NCBI RefSeq assembly: GCF_009914755.1
Contig: NC_060937.1
Strand: one strand, 5' to 3'
Length of the DNA: 64,000 bases
DNA from: the human T2T-CHM13v2.0 reference genome, Homo sapiens
Positions 1-16,033 of the stretch are shown in pieces. How positions within the stretch are numbered: the first letter of the stretch is position 1; each line of letters begins with the position of its first letter. The notes under the pieces are model-generated. The model searched no databases. It saw only the letters and a list, made by a program, of their open reading frames with translations, and had not been told where the DNA came from. Both the position numbers and the translations under genes were made by a program.

Positions 1-350
1 AGCTTGAATTTTATCCTGAAGGTAATAAAAATCATTAAATTATTTCAAGTAGTGATTTAGACAACACCATTTGAGAAAGATCATTTCTACTGTAGACTGA
101 AGGATGTTTAAAGAGGGCGAGGATGGAGAAAGATAGATCTCTGGGGGAGAAAAATCAACAGAGGTTGGTGATTAATTGGATACAGAAGGCATGAGAAAGG
201 ACCTATGGGAACTACCAGATTTCTGGCTTCCATTAGCCCCTGTAGATGATGGTACCACCCACCGAAATGGGGAATACAAGAAAAGGCACTTTTTTTTTCA
301 GAAAAGATGATAAATCCTGTTTTTTTAGATGTTGATTTGAGGTGATTATG
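1..350 (-). mobile_element. L2 LINE fragment (ancient)
   Basis: 'gatgatggtaccacccaccgaaatggggaataca...gaaaagatgataaatcctgttttttagatgttgatttgaggtg' resembles the reverse complement of the L2 3' region; highly diverged, boundaries approximate. Confidence 0.6.
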
Positions 351-884
351 TGATAAATGTCTTCATACTTTATTTCCTCTACCCCCTGCAGTGAAGATGG
401 TGAAAGAGAGAAAAGGAAGACACCTGTAGGCAACCCTATCGAGAAACAGAGACCACTTGACTTTTTTTTCACTGAAAAGATTAGTATTTAATGTTGAGTA
501 GATACTGCTCTACTGTCTCTAAGATTTACCTTGACAACTCAGAGATAATACCAACAACCTTGAATTAAGGAAAGAAAGGGAACAGAATCAATATCCAAAT
601 TTTCTCTAGGTCAATATAGAAATTCAGGCACTGGAAACATTTCACTACCAAGGCTGGGTGGCAGCTTCTGCACCTTGCATGCTCGTGCTGCGAGGGAATC
701 CCACAGCAGGCCATGCAAAGGGCAATGGGAGATATAGGTTGCAAGTTTCAGCTCTATCATTGACTCTGTGTGATTTGAAATAAAGAAAACTGTCTTATAT
801 GCAGCAAACTTAATGACCTTCTTTCACATCTAATAGTTATAGAGTCTTTTCAAAATATGAGTTCCACAGATGTTAACAGCATCC

Positions 885-1110
885 ACAGACTGAGTTCAAA
901 CCCTGGCCCCACCACTTCTTAGCCACATGACTTGGGCAATCAATTGAACTTTTTGTATCTGGTTTCCTCATCTGGAAAAAGGGGATTAAAAACAGTAATT
1001 ACCCCATGTGATTGTTGTGAGAATTGAATTATTTGATATATATATAAGGTAGTTAGAACAGTGTCTGGCACATAATAAGTTGTATGTAAATGTTATCTAT
1101 GATTATTACC
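885..1110 (+). mobile_element. MIR SINE
   Basis: MIR core 'tgagttcaaaccctggccccaccactt...tgacttgggcaa...gtttcctcatctggaaaaagggga' and MIR 3' end 'ttagaacagtgtctggcacataataag'. Confidence 0.8.
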
Positions 1111-1185
1111 AACATCAATTGTTATTTCTCATGAGGAATATTAAGAACTTCACTATTAATTGGCTATTTAAAAATGTAATAGGTT

Positions 1186-1523
<338 letters not shown>

Positions 1524-1959
1524 TCAAATATGGTTTTAGCATTTGGTTGCTTCTTAAAACATAATAAAATTTTTATAAAAGCGCCAAAGAATTAATTATT
1601 TGTGCTCTGAAGTCTGTACCTTCCCCTGATATCAAATAGGTTTGCACCTGAGTATCTTGAGGGCAGAATGTGGGCTTCTGGGAAAAACTTGTTTCTGTCT
1701 AAAATGTATTCAAAAAAGGGAACTTTGGCAAAGTACCAGTGAAGGAGTGGTGGATGATTGTGACATGTGGGAAAGTTTATTTCCTCAGGAAAATATCCAG
1801 AGATATGGCAAAGGAAGAAAAATGAGTTTTGAAAAAAAAATTAAGGCCAAGGAAGATTTTCATTTAAGTTTTGGAGGCAGAGATTCATTTTCTTAAAATA
1901 TCTAATGGATTTAGAAGATGACACAAGCTTTAGGAAGGCAAAGATGAAGAATCAATGGA

Positions 1960-2668
<709 letters not shown>

Positions 2669-3109
2669 AAAACTTTTTTTTCACAAAGATCCAACCATAA
2701 AATTTGTATTCTTGGCTGCTTTCTGTAAATGTATATATGAAGGGCTTGGAAGCCTAATTTTCTCATCTGCAAAATAGAAATAAAGATGATGCAAAATAGA
2801 ATGATCAAATGAAATACACTGAAGTACTTTTAAGCTATGGAGTGCAAAAATATGTAAAATCATATTAAGATTGTGCTAGTGTTTCACAATGCTATGACAT
2901 CACATGTGCTGCTCCTTCATTCTGGAATATCCTCATCTCACTTCTCTTCGCAGGGCTCTCAGAGCTTGATTCTTCCATTTAAAATGCTTGAATTGTCTTC
3001 TCTCTAAATACTTTCAACATCTCATGTCCTCCCTTTTACTGCTTTTCTCCTTCTTTGCCCCACCAGGAAGTTGTTCCCTTCTCCTAAGCACTGTGCACAT
3101 TATTATTAA

Positions 3110-3700
3110 TTAATTCAACAAATACTTACTAATCACCTACTATGTGTCAGACAGTCCCAGCTAGGAATGGATGGGCTAGCCATGGATGACAGAAACGAAG
3201 TCCTTGCTCTTATAGAGTTCATAATTCAGTAGGAGAAGACACACAATAAACCAGTAAATACATTTAAAACTTATTTGAGACAGTGGCAAGTGCTGTGAAA
3301 CAGATATTGGAATGATGTGAGGGAGAATCAGGAGGAGGAAAGAGGTGCCTTCCACTGTGTGATCAGAGACAGCCTCTCTGAGAAGGTGCTGCTTGCATTG
3401 AGACCTGGATTACAAGAGAGCACTGAAGTGAGTGGTCTAGGCTGCGGTCAGAAGAGTAGTCAGAAATCAGGTCATGAAGGGGCTTATAAGCCATGGTGAG
3501 AGTTGGGTTTTATTCTAGTTCCGATGGGAAGTCACGGGAGAGTTTTAAGGAGGGAGAAGGGTGAACTGATGTGTGTTTTGGGATGATCACTCTGGCTAAT
3601 GAGAGGAAAATGGATTTTAGTGGCCGAGAGTGGAAAAAAGCTAAGAAGCTAGCACAAGGGTCTCAGAAAAAGATGATGGTGCCTTGGATCAGAGTGATGC
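3110..3700 (-). mobile_element. L2 3' end fragment
   Basis: 'aattcaacaaatacttactaatcacctactatgtgtcagac...gtccttgctcttatagagttcataattcagtaggagaagac' is a typical antisense L2 3' terminus. Confidence 0.7.
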
Positions 3701-3739
3701 AGAGGAGTCGAAGAACAGTGATAACGATATCATCAGCCA

Positions 3740-3870
3740 CACAAGCAGATCTTGATTCAAATTCCATCAAGCTATGTGACTTTGGAGAAATGACTTCATG
3801 TCTAAGGCTATGTCCCTATCGTTAATATCTGTCTTAACAGATGGTCAGGTTAAGAGAAGATAAAGTATTT
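3740..3870 (+). mobile_element. MIR fragment
   Basis: 'gattcaaattcc...agctatgtgactttggagaaatgactt' MIR core remnant. Confidence 0.45.
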
Positions 3871-4139
3871 ATTACCTTTATATATACGTATTTGTTCAGA
3901 AGTCTTCTTTCTCATAATATTGTGGGTTTCTTCAAGGTCAGGATGATGGCTTAGTTCCCACTGTACCTCAGGAGCCCAGTTCATAGCTGCCACTACAGCA
4001 GAATTTTTTACTACATGTATATGTTTAGCTATGGGAATTTCTGTCTGTGGATTCCAATGTCAAATCTAAGTTTTAGATATCGTCATTTGGAGCCAAGTTA
4101 AAAAAATTTTAATTGCACTCTTTTAAAAAGGAATTTGAA

Positions 4140-5616
<1,477 letters not shown>

Positions 5617-5799
5617 TGGTTTAGATGACCGACTCCACTATTTCACCCCGAACGCCTTCAGTTTCAAGGCACCTTTAGCACAGGAGCTATTTCAATCTCC
5701 ATCTTAGGTCTGTTCATTCCGGCCAGGGTGGGCCTTGTGGTAGAAACAGCCTTCAGCTCCTACGCCGGTAAACTCTGTTTTTCCTGGAAGAATTCCCCA

Positions 5800-6136
5800 G
5801 CTAAAGTCTGACACACGCCACATCATGGATGCAGCTTGAGGACAGTAGGCTACATGAAACAGGCCAGTCACGAAAAGACAAATGCTGCATGATTTCACTC
5901 ATTGGAGGTACCTAGGGTAGTCAAATTTATGAAGACAGAAAGTAGAACCGTGGTTGCCAGGGGTTGGGGGAAGGGAGAATGGGGAGTTATGGTTTAATGG
6001 CTGTGCAGGTTCCGTTGGGCAAGAGGAAAAATTCTGGAGATTGACTGTACAACAGTGCAAATGTCCTTAACGCTACTGAACTGTACACTTAAGATGGTGA
6101 ATTTCATGTTATGTGTATTTTACCACAATTAAAAAA
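5800..6136 (+). mobile_element. L1M 3' end (L1MB3-like)
   Basis: 'ggccagtcacgaaaagacaaatgctgcatgatttcactc...agacagaaagtagaaccgtggttgccagggg...tactgaactgtacacttaagatggtgaatttcatgttatgtgtattttaccacaattaaaaaa'. Confidence 0.85.
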
Positions 6137-7313
6137 TGTTTAAATGGCTTTTGCCATCACATGTGCGCAAACATGTACACATGCATGTACACATACATAC
6201 ACACCCTTTTCCCCCTTTGATTGCATCCATCATCAGTGTGAGGGTCCAGATGGCTCCAAGTAAAACAAAAACAAACACAACCCAAACTCAGGCCCCTGTG
6301 AAAGACTAGACTTACACTGCTTTAGATGGCAAAAGCACCAGGGTTAAAAGACCTGAGCTTCTACACAGGTTATTTTGGTTTAAAACTCTGCACCTAAAAC
6401 ATCAGCCAGAAGCGTCTCTTTCCTTTCATATAATGGATTGTGTCTTGGCCTGTCTTTACCTTAATCAAAGTTCGACTCAATAGTAGCAAATGGCTTGAGT
6501 GTTCTTCTGAGGCTCTACTTGACAGGCTATAATTAGAAATACTTTACTTGACCTTTATAAGTCATGATCCCCAACAAAATTGTACCGAATCACATTTGAA
6601 AAATGCTCTTACATCTTTTGTGAATACGGGCAAGATTACAGGATACTTTTATTTTAGAATAATTACATAGTGACCTTCAGAGTTATTTGCAAAGGTCATA
6701 TTCTCTTCACATACCCTTGATTTCCTTTCAGTTTTTCCTTTTGTCCCACCAGACATAAATTTAGCAAAGGAAGAAGAAAGAGAGAGAGTGTTTTTTTTCT
6801 GCGGATGAAAACTGAAGAAGATAGTTCAAAGTCCCCATAGGCGTTCAGAGGGCTGTGGGCTATGATAGGCTATTTTCTACCATTTAGCTCCTGCATTATC
6901 ACTACTCCTTTTTCTTCATTATTCTCCACTTATCACATGCAGCATCACTGCAAAGCCCAAATAGAGAGTTGTAATTACCCGGCTGCCACCTGATAGTCCC
7001 CCTTCTATCATCTTTATCTCACTAGGCCTTGCTGTTTCATCATCGGATAAAACTTGCCCATGGCAATGCCTGCGATAGTGCATCTCAGAGATACATTTAA
7101 AGTTTACTCATTTATCGCAGAAAAATGCTGAACCCGGGCAATTATTAGATACACTTGCCAGTTTAGTTTTTCACTAAGGTTAGTTTAACTCCCTTTTGTA
7201 TCAGCCATTTTTTCCTTTTCTTCTTGGAAACACCCAGGTCACAACTGGCTACTGAGATGAAATTTTAATGAAATTGTCCGGCATCAACAATACTGAGGGT
7301 GCCTACTGTCATA

Positions 7314-7337
7314 TGTGTGTGTGTGTGTGTGTGTGTG
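7314..7337. repeat. (TG)12 microsatellite
   Basis: Direct reading of the sequence. Confidence 0.95.
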
Positions 7338-7672
7338 GCACATGTGCGTGTGCGTGTGTTGCTGGCCATTCAATTTAAGCAGTTCTCTTGTCAGGCACAC
7401 CTAAAACAAGCAGCACACTCCTTTGAAGGAGCTCTTTGGCTCTAAAAAAGCCACTAGGTACCAAGACCTTATGAAGTATCACATTTTGTAAAAACTGATG
7501 TCACATTTGGCCTGCTGATGATTGTAAAAGTCAGAACACGGAATGGTTGATATCTAAAAGCATAAAAACATATATTGGGCACCTCTTTGACAGGTTTCTT
7601 GAGCTTTTTATTTATTCAATATGAGGGAATATAGCCCAAGGGTAAGTCTCAAGAATAAGCGCTGTATATATG

Positions 7673-7674
<2 letters not shown>

Positions 7675-7714
<40 letters not shown>
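7675..7714. repeat. (TG)20 microsatellite
   Basis: Direct reading of the sequence. Confidence 0.97.
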
Positions 7715-7715
<1 letters not shown>

Positions 7716-7873
7716 ACATGCTCTACACATGTACTCTCACTCTCTTTAGTGCAATTAGAAGGATGTTCATATGTGATCATGTATTTAATGGATGGCCACT
7801 GCCCTCATCAAAGTCTGTTATAAATTCAGTAGGCTATTTTTCACTCTGGCAAAAAGGCCTATTAAGAAGCTAA

Positions 7874-8251
<378 letters not shown>

Positions 8252-8580
8252 TGAAACTAATTCATATTAAAAGATTTAATTTGGAGGTGAAGAATAAAAT
8301 GAGCAAAAATTATTTACATTTATTTCAACAATGGCAATTGCATTTAAGTGGACTTTAAAAAAAGTCAATGCAAGTTAGTTTTAGTAACAACTTTAATAAT
8401 CCTCCTTTACCCGATCAAACACTTCTGAAGGCAATCTAGCCCATTATGGAAAAGGCAGATTTTTGTGTGTGATTGGGCATCAGTATGGGAAAAAAGTTCC
8501 TTGCACAACATTAGCAAAAGGTGCACATTTCCCAAGTGTAGGACTTAAGATGTGGGATTTTGTGTGTACGTGTGTGTTTG

Positions 8581-8744
<164 letters not shown>

Positions 8745-9648
8745 TAAAATATGGTTTTACAGATGTGGTTTTAAAAATTACATCCTCCATGAATATTTAA
8801 TCTGGCTTGATTAATTTGCTTTATGGAATGATCTATGTAAAACAACAAATAGTCATTCCATATAATAACCACTGTCTATTAAGCCACTGTAAATACACTC
8901 AGGTGTGCACACACACTCACGCACATGGATAGCAATGTACACAATGTACACAATTTCCCACTTTGTTGAAAAGCTCTTTTGTCCCAGGATTTGATTTCTC
9001 TTCAACTTCCAGGTAAATTAGGATTGTGCCCCACACTTCTGTAAAACTGTTCTCCCACAGAGTAGCTCTGAAGGAAGCAAGCACTAGAGAAGTTAGTGGC
9101 AGTACCATGAGGATAAAAACTTACTATACATACATTAAGTTTATTATTTATTTTAAAACTATTTATCTATTTATTTATTTATTTTTGTGTGTGGACATGA
9201 TAGTTATGTACAAAGAAAGTTACAGAAACCATCAGAGTGGGTGCTCTGTGAAAGGGAGCAGCCACATATTTTTAGAAAGGAATAAAGAAAAATAATGGGA
9301 TCGAGGGGCTCACAGAAAACAAAGATGTATTTCATCTAATCCCATTTTTCTTGTATTTTAACCTTTACTTTTTGGTTCTGTTTGAGCAACTTACTCTGTG
9401 CTATTTTGGAAGTGTTTTCTACTCATTTCGGGGAAAAAAAAGTCTTGAGATTATGTATTCTTAGTTCAAACCAGCTTAATCAATGGGAATATGATTTATT
9501 TATTTGCTAGAACTTAAAATATATTCCCTGTAAAAAGCGGAAATAGTGAATTAAAGCAGTCCACAGGCCACCCAAAACACAACAATGAATTGGGAATTCT
9601 ACTTTTATCTTCCACCAAATGGAATTAGAAACTGATATAAATCCATAA

Positions 9649-9993
<345 letters not shown>

Positions 9994-10169
9994 TACCACA
10001 CTCCTTCTAACGGCGGTTCTTCATGGCTAGAAGAGAAGACCCACTCAGCACTTGGCTGAACTTCCACGTGAACCACTGTAAGTTTTTCAGCTTCTGTGAT
10101 GAAGAGTCTCAGCCAGGACCAGGCAGCGGGCCATGGGTATGCAGTGCAGTGATAGCTGCTTATGCTCCG

Positions 10170-10330
10170 ATTCGTACAACCTCACTTACTGATGTGGAAC
10201 CTCGGGAAAGCTACTTAACTTCTCCAAGCCTCCATTTTCTCATCTGTACAATAAGCAGAATACTATCATCTACCTTACAGGGACATGTAAACATTGAGTA
10301 TATGCACTAAAGCACCCAGCGCATAGATCA
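10170..10330 (+). mobile_element. MIR fragment
   Basis: 'cacttactgatgtggaacctcgggaaagctacttaacttctccaagcctccattttctcatctgtacaata' MIR core. Confidence 0.75.
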
Positions 10331-11045
10331 GTCAGTGATTTCCACTTGTACTTAGAATGGGGGCCCTGGATGAATGGGCAGTAACACACAGGCCCGTGAA
10401 GCTGGTGGGCGGGACATTGCTCTGCACTGTGTCATGTTGTAGTCTCCGCGAGTGAGGCTGGTTTTCCTCTAGCACAGTTTGTTTTACTGAATGGACAGGG
10501 CTGTTTTGCTCAAGGAGAGTTACAGAAGAAAGCTCATTTCATGAAGCGATTAGGACACACAAGATTATGCCTCTGACAGGTAAGAAAACCCTGACAGCCC
10601 ATTTTTTCCCATGAAGCAAAGAGTTTTGTTGCATATTGCATATTTATAAGGTGAAGGGGCCACTGGCTTTTATACCTTGAGAAGCCAAAACAATGCCAGA
10701 TGTTAAGATTATGAACCTGAATTTCACTTTGGGTTTATGAGTCAACCAGAAAACGTTACATTAAACTGAAAGATTAACAACAACAAAAAAAGCAACCTCT
10801 AAAACTTCCTGCAGAAAGACTCCTTTCATTGAGCAAGCAGAGGCCTAGCTAGAAGGACATGCTCTTTCTTTTCTTTACAACCCACCATGGCTATCAGGGG
10901 CAAGCCAATCATAGGCACGAGGCAGAACAAATTTTGTTGTGGCAACTGCCCAAACATGAGGATAAGAATTTCTCAAATATCTGTAACTTCCTCCAGAGTC
11001 AGCATAAAACTTGGAGCAGAAGCAATGCGTACTGACCAGCTAGAT

Positions 11046-11267
11046 CAAGCTTGTCCAACCCACAGCCCGGAGGCCGCATATAACCCAGTACGGTTTTGAA
11101 TGTGGCCCAACACAAATTCATAAGCCTTCTTAAAACATTATGAGATTATTTTTTGCAATTTTTTTTTAGCTCATCAGCTATCATTAGTATTAGTGTATTT
11201 TATGTGTGGCCAAAGACAATTCTTCTTCCAATGTGGCCTAGGGAAGCTAAAAGATTGGACACCCCTG
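11046..11267 (-). mobile_element. MER30 (hAT-Charlie MITE), complete
   Basis: Reverse complement begins CAGGGGTGTCCAATCTTTTAGCTTCCCTAGGCCACATTGGAAGAAGAATTGTC; TIR-like ends; degenerate 8-bp hAT TSD agctagat / aactaggt. Confidence 0.9.
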
Positions 11268-11404
11268 AACTAGGTAGTTATGAACCCACTATTCTGTTTA
11301 AGCTGAGGATCACCAACAAAATGCCCCTCAGATTCAATATATTTCTAAAGTAACTTTAAATACCTGTCTTATTTTTTCTTGTTCAGTGTCATTGGAGAAC
11401 ATTC

Positions 11405-11568
11405 GGAGGTTCTTAATTGGGGGTCTTACATGAGTTTCAAAGGCTTCCTGGACCTTCTGAAAATTTCTGCAAGGTTTTGAGTGTATGCTCATGTTTCTGA
11501 GAGTGAGTCCATAGTTTGGATCAGATTTCAAAGGGGTTTGTGTCCCCATAAATGGCAAAGAAGCGCTC
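11405..11568. mobile_element. hAT-Charlie MITE (Charlie4z-like)
   Basis: 'ggttcttaattgggggtc...gagtccatagtttggatcagatttcaaaggggtttgtgtcccc' resembles the recalled Charlie4z consensus. Confidence 0.55.
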
Positions 11569-12469
11569 TTTTGCAACAAATTTTCCAGGAAAGAGAAGAG
11601 CAGAAAATCTGAAAGAAGAAAGATAGAAGAAAGAATGGGACTGAGGTTTTCAGACAATGTAAAAGAACATGCAATCTTATTTCTCCTTTTTGTGCTACTT
11701 TCTAATACACTTTGTTTGGCCTTTGCCAAGCCCTTTGGCTGCAGTTCAGGAAGGTCAAAAACTCAGGGGTTCACTGTGTTTAGGAGCAGCATTAAAAAGG
11801 TTTCATGTAAACCCCCACCCACTGTAGAAACAAGAGCCAGGTCATTAGTTTGAATTGGCTCAGATTTTTCTGTTTCAAAGAGCTGTGATTTGCGTTACGT
11901 GCACCCGGACACAAAATGGCATGTCATATCATGCACATTTCAGCTCGAATTTTTTAAAGCCTATGTATGTCATCTCTCCTGACTACCTCTTACCACTTTG
12001 AATAAAAAAGTATAGGTGTTATTATGGCAGCTCCTGAAAGCAAGTCTATTGATCTATTAAAAGAAGCACTTTTAATTAAGCAATAATATGTGGTTGAATT
12101 GGGATGCCAAGTAGTAAATGTTTATGACCGCCAGGGGAGGGCATTGCAGAAACTTATTTGAGTTATTTGCCAGGCTTGAAAGCTGTTCTTCCAAGAAAAG
12201 TTTTCTTCCCCATTGGGAAGCCAATATATTTGTAATTTTTATACTGTTATGTTTTAAGGACATCAAGCCTGAAAGCCACGTTTCAAAACGGATGATCTTA
12301 TTTGACTTGTGCTTTGATGTTGCCTTACCAATAGAATTCATGATTACTTTTGAGAGGCATTTCTCCCTATGTTCCTTCCTGAACAGAGAAAAGGCTAATA
12401 AAGTAATGATTACAACAATCTCAACTCATGTTGTTGCCTTTTTAAAAGTCTGAAATCTTGTACAATTAG

Positions 12470-12942
<473 letters not shown>

Positions 12943-13526
12943 AAGAAAGGTTTCTTTAATTGTGCAATGTCAGGTTTTTTTCTCAGTCCTAACTCCCAGC
13001 CCTGTCTTATCTTGCACTCACCTCCTCACCTAGTAGGTTATCCTATCTCTTTTCCATCTACTAAGACTGAAACACGCTTAAGGCCCAGCTCAAAACCTAT
13101 ACTCGTGACAAGTCTTCCACTTAGAGCTTCAGCCCTGACTGATTTTTCTTTTCTTGCTGAGCTTATTTGCATGACAGCCCTGTCTCTGTTATATATAATC
13201 TCATATCATTCCTGTTTCACAAATGTTCCTTTTGTGTTTTGGACCAGATTGAAAAGTTCTTGTGAGATCATGTCTTGAATATTTCCTGGCAAAATATTGG
13301 GTATATAGGTAGGTGGTTACTAAATAATGTAAAACTAATAGCTACTGACTTTCTTGATGTGATTATCTGACACTGTAAGTTGGATAAAATTGGTTAAGCA
13401 AGTTTCAGCCTGTGTTTGGGAATTTCCCTCTGTATTTGGTTTTCTGCCATAATTTAACAAAAATAAAGGAAAAGAGGAAAAAAAGAAGGATCCATGGCCA
13501 TACCCAAAGCTATTAAAGTTCAGTAA

Positions 13527-13651
13527 GGCCAGGCACAGTAGCTCACACCTGTAATCTCTGCACTTTGGAAGGCCAAGGAGGAAGGATTGCCTGAGGCCAG
13601 GAATTCAAGGCCAGCCTGAGCAACATAGCAAGACCCCATCTCTACAAAAAA
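13527..13651 (+). mobile_element. FLAM (free left Alu monomer)
   Basis: Left monomer ending 'gcaagaccccatctctacaaaaaa'; flanking repeat 'taaagttcag'. Confidence 0.9.
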
Positions 13652-14046
13652 TAAAGTTCAGAAATTTAGATAATACATGTGAATTGTGAGTTAACGGGCA
13701 AATTTGTGCAGGTCAGCAGGTCTCAGCCACAATATTGTGATTTATCAAACTGGACTCCCCAAATAAAATGAAGTCGTTGATTTAATACAGTAATAATTAA
13801 ACCTCCTCTTTTCTGCTTGGGTCTCAGGAGGAAAAAAGCACGTTTTGCGTTTCCCTTTGGCTTGATGTAGCAGCTAATGGTTGATGATGCTTGGTGGGGA
13901 ATAATGGAGACAAGGAAGATGCGTGTGAATCCTGAACTCCAACTGGAGCTGGTGTGTCAGTTGGACATGCTAAAGGCTAAAAGGGAAGTACCTCCAGCTT
14001 GCACTGCATGACACCATCATCATCATATTAACCACATCGTCGCAGC

Positions 14047-14177
14047 CAGTGTGACCGTGCATCTTGGTCTGACCGGGAAAATTCCAGTTTAATCCTAAGG
14101 TGCTGCCATCATTCTTAATAACACACCTTTTTACTCTCAAAGCTGTCCCAATGTGATGATAAATGATATAGCCACTG
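14047..14177 (-). mobile_element. MER94 (hAT-Blackjack MITE)
   Basis: 'cagtgtgaccgtgcatcttggtctgaccgggaaaattccagtttaa...ttaataacacacctttttactctcaaagctgtccca...gataaatgatatagccact' matches the reverse complement of the recalled MER94 consensus. Confidence 0.7.
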
Positions 14178-14185
14178 AAGTCATA

Positions 14186-14397
14186 AATAATATTTAGTGA
14201 GCACTTGTTATACACTAGGCATTTACTTCATATACTGTTTGTTTTGTCTTCCCAACAACTTTATGAATTAGGTGTTCCTTTTAGCCCCAGTTTACAGATG
14301 ATGAAATTGAGGCAGCATTTAAGAAACTTCCCATGCTTATCCAGCTTGAACCCAGCAGTCTGGCTCCAGAACCCAAAATCTTAAACATTTTACTGCT
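14186..14397 (-). mobile_element. MIR
   Basis: 'cccaacaactttatgaattagg...ccccagtttacagatgatgaaattgaggca...gaacccagcagtctggctccagaaccc'. Confidence 0.8.
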
Positions 14398-14787
14398 TCT
14401 TGCAGAGAAAATACGGGGATCTGCTCCACATGATCCCCTTCTATCAGGTCCATCATAAAATACTATCACCCCAGTGGAAATACCTGAATCTCTGACAGTT
14501 TTTTACCCTGGAGCCATGTGTCGGAAAATGGGAATCTAGTTAATTTTAGCCATTTTAATCTTGTTCTCCAATTTAACTTATAAACGAGCTTCTTTTCCTC
14601 TTAAGAGTCTGGCTAGAGAGTGCCCAATTTAGTTAAACCCCAAGTTTAGGATTAGAAAGGACTGCAAAAGCTGCAGATTGTTCGAGTTAGCACACAAGAG
14701 TTGCTCTGCCACACTGTCATTTGTTAAAAACCAACTTTGTCACTTAGGCAAATTGCCTCATTTTGACTTTATTTGTCACCCGCATGC

Positions 14788-14940
14788 CATGAGTTGTATT
14801 ATGATCCACATTTTAAAAATGAAAAAATATACCGAAGAGTTTAACTGACCCGTGATCACTTAGCTAGTATGCCTCAATGCTGGAATTTTAAACCAGGTAT
14901 CTGACTCCAAAGTTTATAATTTTTTGACCTACTACTGCCT
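14788..14940 (-). mobile_element. MIR fragment
   Basis: 'ccacattttaaaaatgaaaaa...cttagctagta...gctggaattttaaaccaggtatctgactccaaag'. Confidence 0.6.
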
Positions 14941-14968
14941 ACTAAATACTCAATTATTGATTAACCAA

Positions 14969-15040
14969 TATATGTGTAGTATGTGTGTGTGTGTGTGTGT
15001 ATATACACTATACTATATATATACATACACAATACATATA
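14969..15040. repeat. (TG)n/(TA)n compound simple repeat
   Basis: Direct reading of the sequence. Confidence 0.8.
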
Positions 15041-15147
15041 TTGATTTATTGCTTATACATATAAACATTTTTCATAATGTCCAATATAAAATTAGGTGAC
15101 ACTGCCTTTATTCACTTATTGAGCAAATATTCACTGAGTACTTTCTA

Positions 15148-15278
15148 TTTTTTAAAAAAATAGGGACGGGGTCTTGCTATATTGCCCAGGCTGGTCTCAA
15201 ACTCCTGGGCTCAAGTGATCCTCTTGCCTTGGCCTCCCAACGTGTTGGGATTATAGGCATGAGCCACCATGTCCAGCC
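15148..15278 (-). mobile_element. FLAM_C-like Alu monomer
   Basis: 'gacggggtcttgctatattgcccaggctggtctcaaactcctgggctcaagtgatcctc...gagccaccatgtccagcc'. Confidence 0.9.
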
Positions 15279-15732
15279 TCAAGAGCACTTTCAAAATATC
15301 AAATTCTCTGCTTGGCAGTTGTGGATGTGGTGCTGAACAGTATGGGGTTCCTTCCTTCATGAAGTGTGTATGCTTTAGAAATGGGAAAGACAGACACACA
15401 AAAAGATATGCTACAATATGATTAATGCTATAAGCAAATGGCAAAATGAGAACCTCATGATGGAAATGATGCATTTTCTCTGGGAGAGAGTATGGAAAGA
15501 ACTGACATAGAGTAATGATGGGAGATGAGCCAAAATATAGGTCAAAACTAGATTGTGAAAAAAGACACATGCTACATAAAATTGTTGGATTATGTTCACA
15601 GGGAAACACACCAGGTAATTAAGCATGGGAATGACACGGTTACATTTTGATTTGAGAAAAATGGCCAAGGATAGAGAAGAAAATTAACTGGATGCAGAAG
15701 ATATGGAGGTAGAGGATAATTACGAGGTTATT

Positions 15733-16033
15733 GGCCAAGTGTGGTGGCTCACATCTGTAATCTTAGCACTTTGGGAGGCCAAGGCAGGCAGATCACTTGA
15801 GCCCAGGAGTTCAAGAACAGCCCTGGGCAACATGGTGAAATCCGATTTCTACGAAAAAAAAAAATTAGCCAGGCATGGTGGTGTGCACCTGTAGTCCCAG
15901 CTACTTGGGAGGCTAAGGTGGGAGGACCACTTGAGCCTAGGATGTCAAAGCTGCAGTGACCCAAGATCATGCTACTGCACTGCAGCCTGGGCAATAGAGT
16001 GAGACTCTGTCCCTCTCTCTCAAAAAAAAAAAA
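15733..16033 (+). mobile_element. AluJ, full length
   Basis: J diagnostics 'ttgagcccaggagttc', 'ggaggaccacttgagcctagg', 'gctgcagtg'; TSD 'gaggttatt'. Confidence 0.95.

Noticed and set aside
7594-7641. 48-nt micro-exon between 'ctctttgacag' and donor AGG|GTAAGT
   Set aside because: Stop codons in all three frames and a weak polypyrimidine tract; no supporting evidence.
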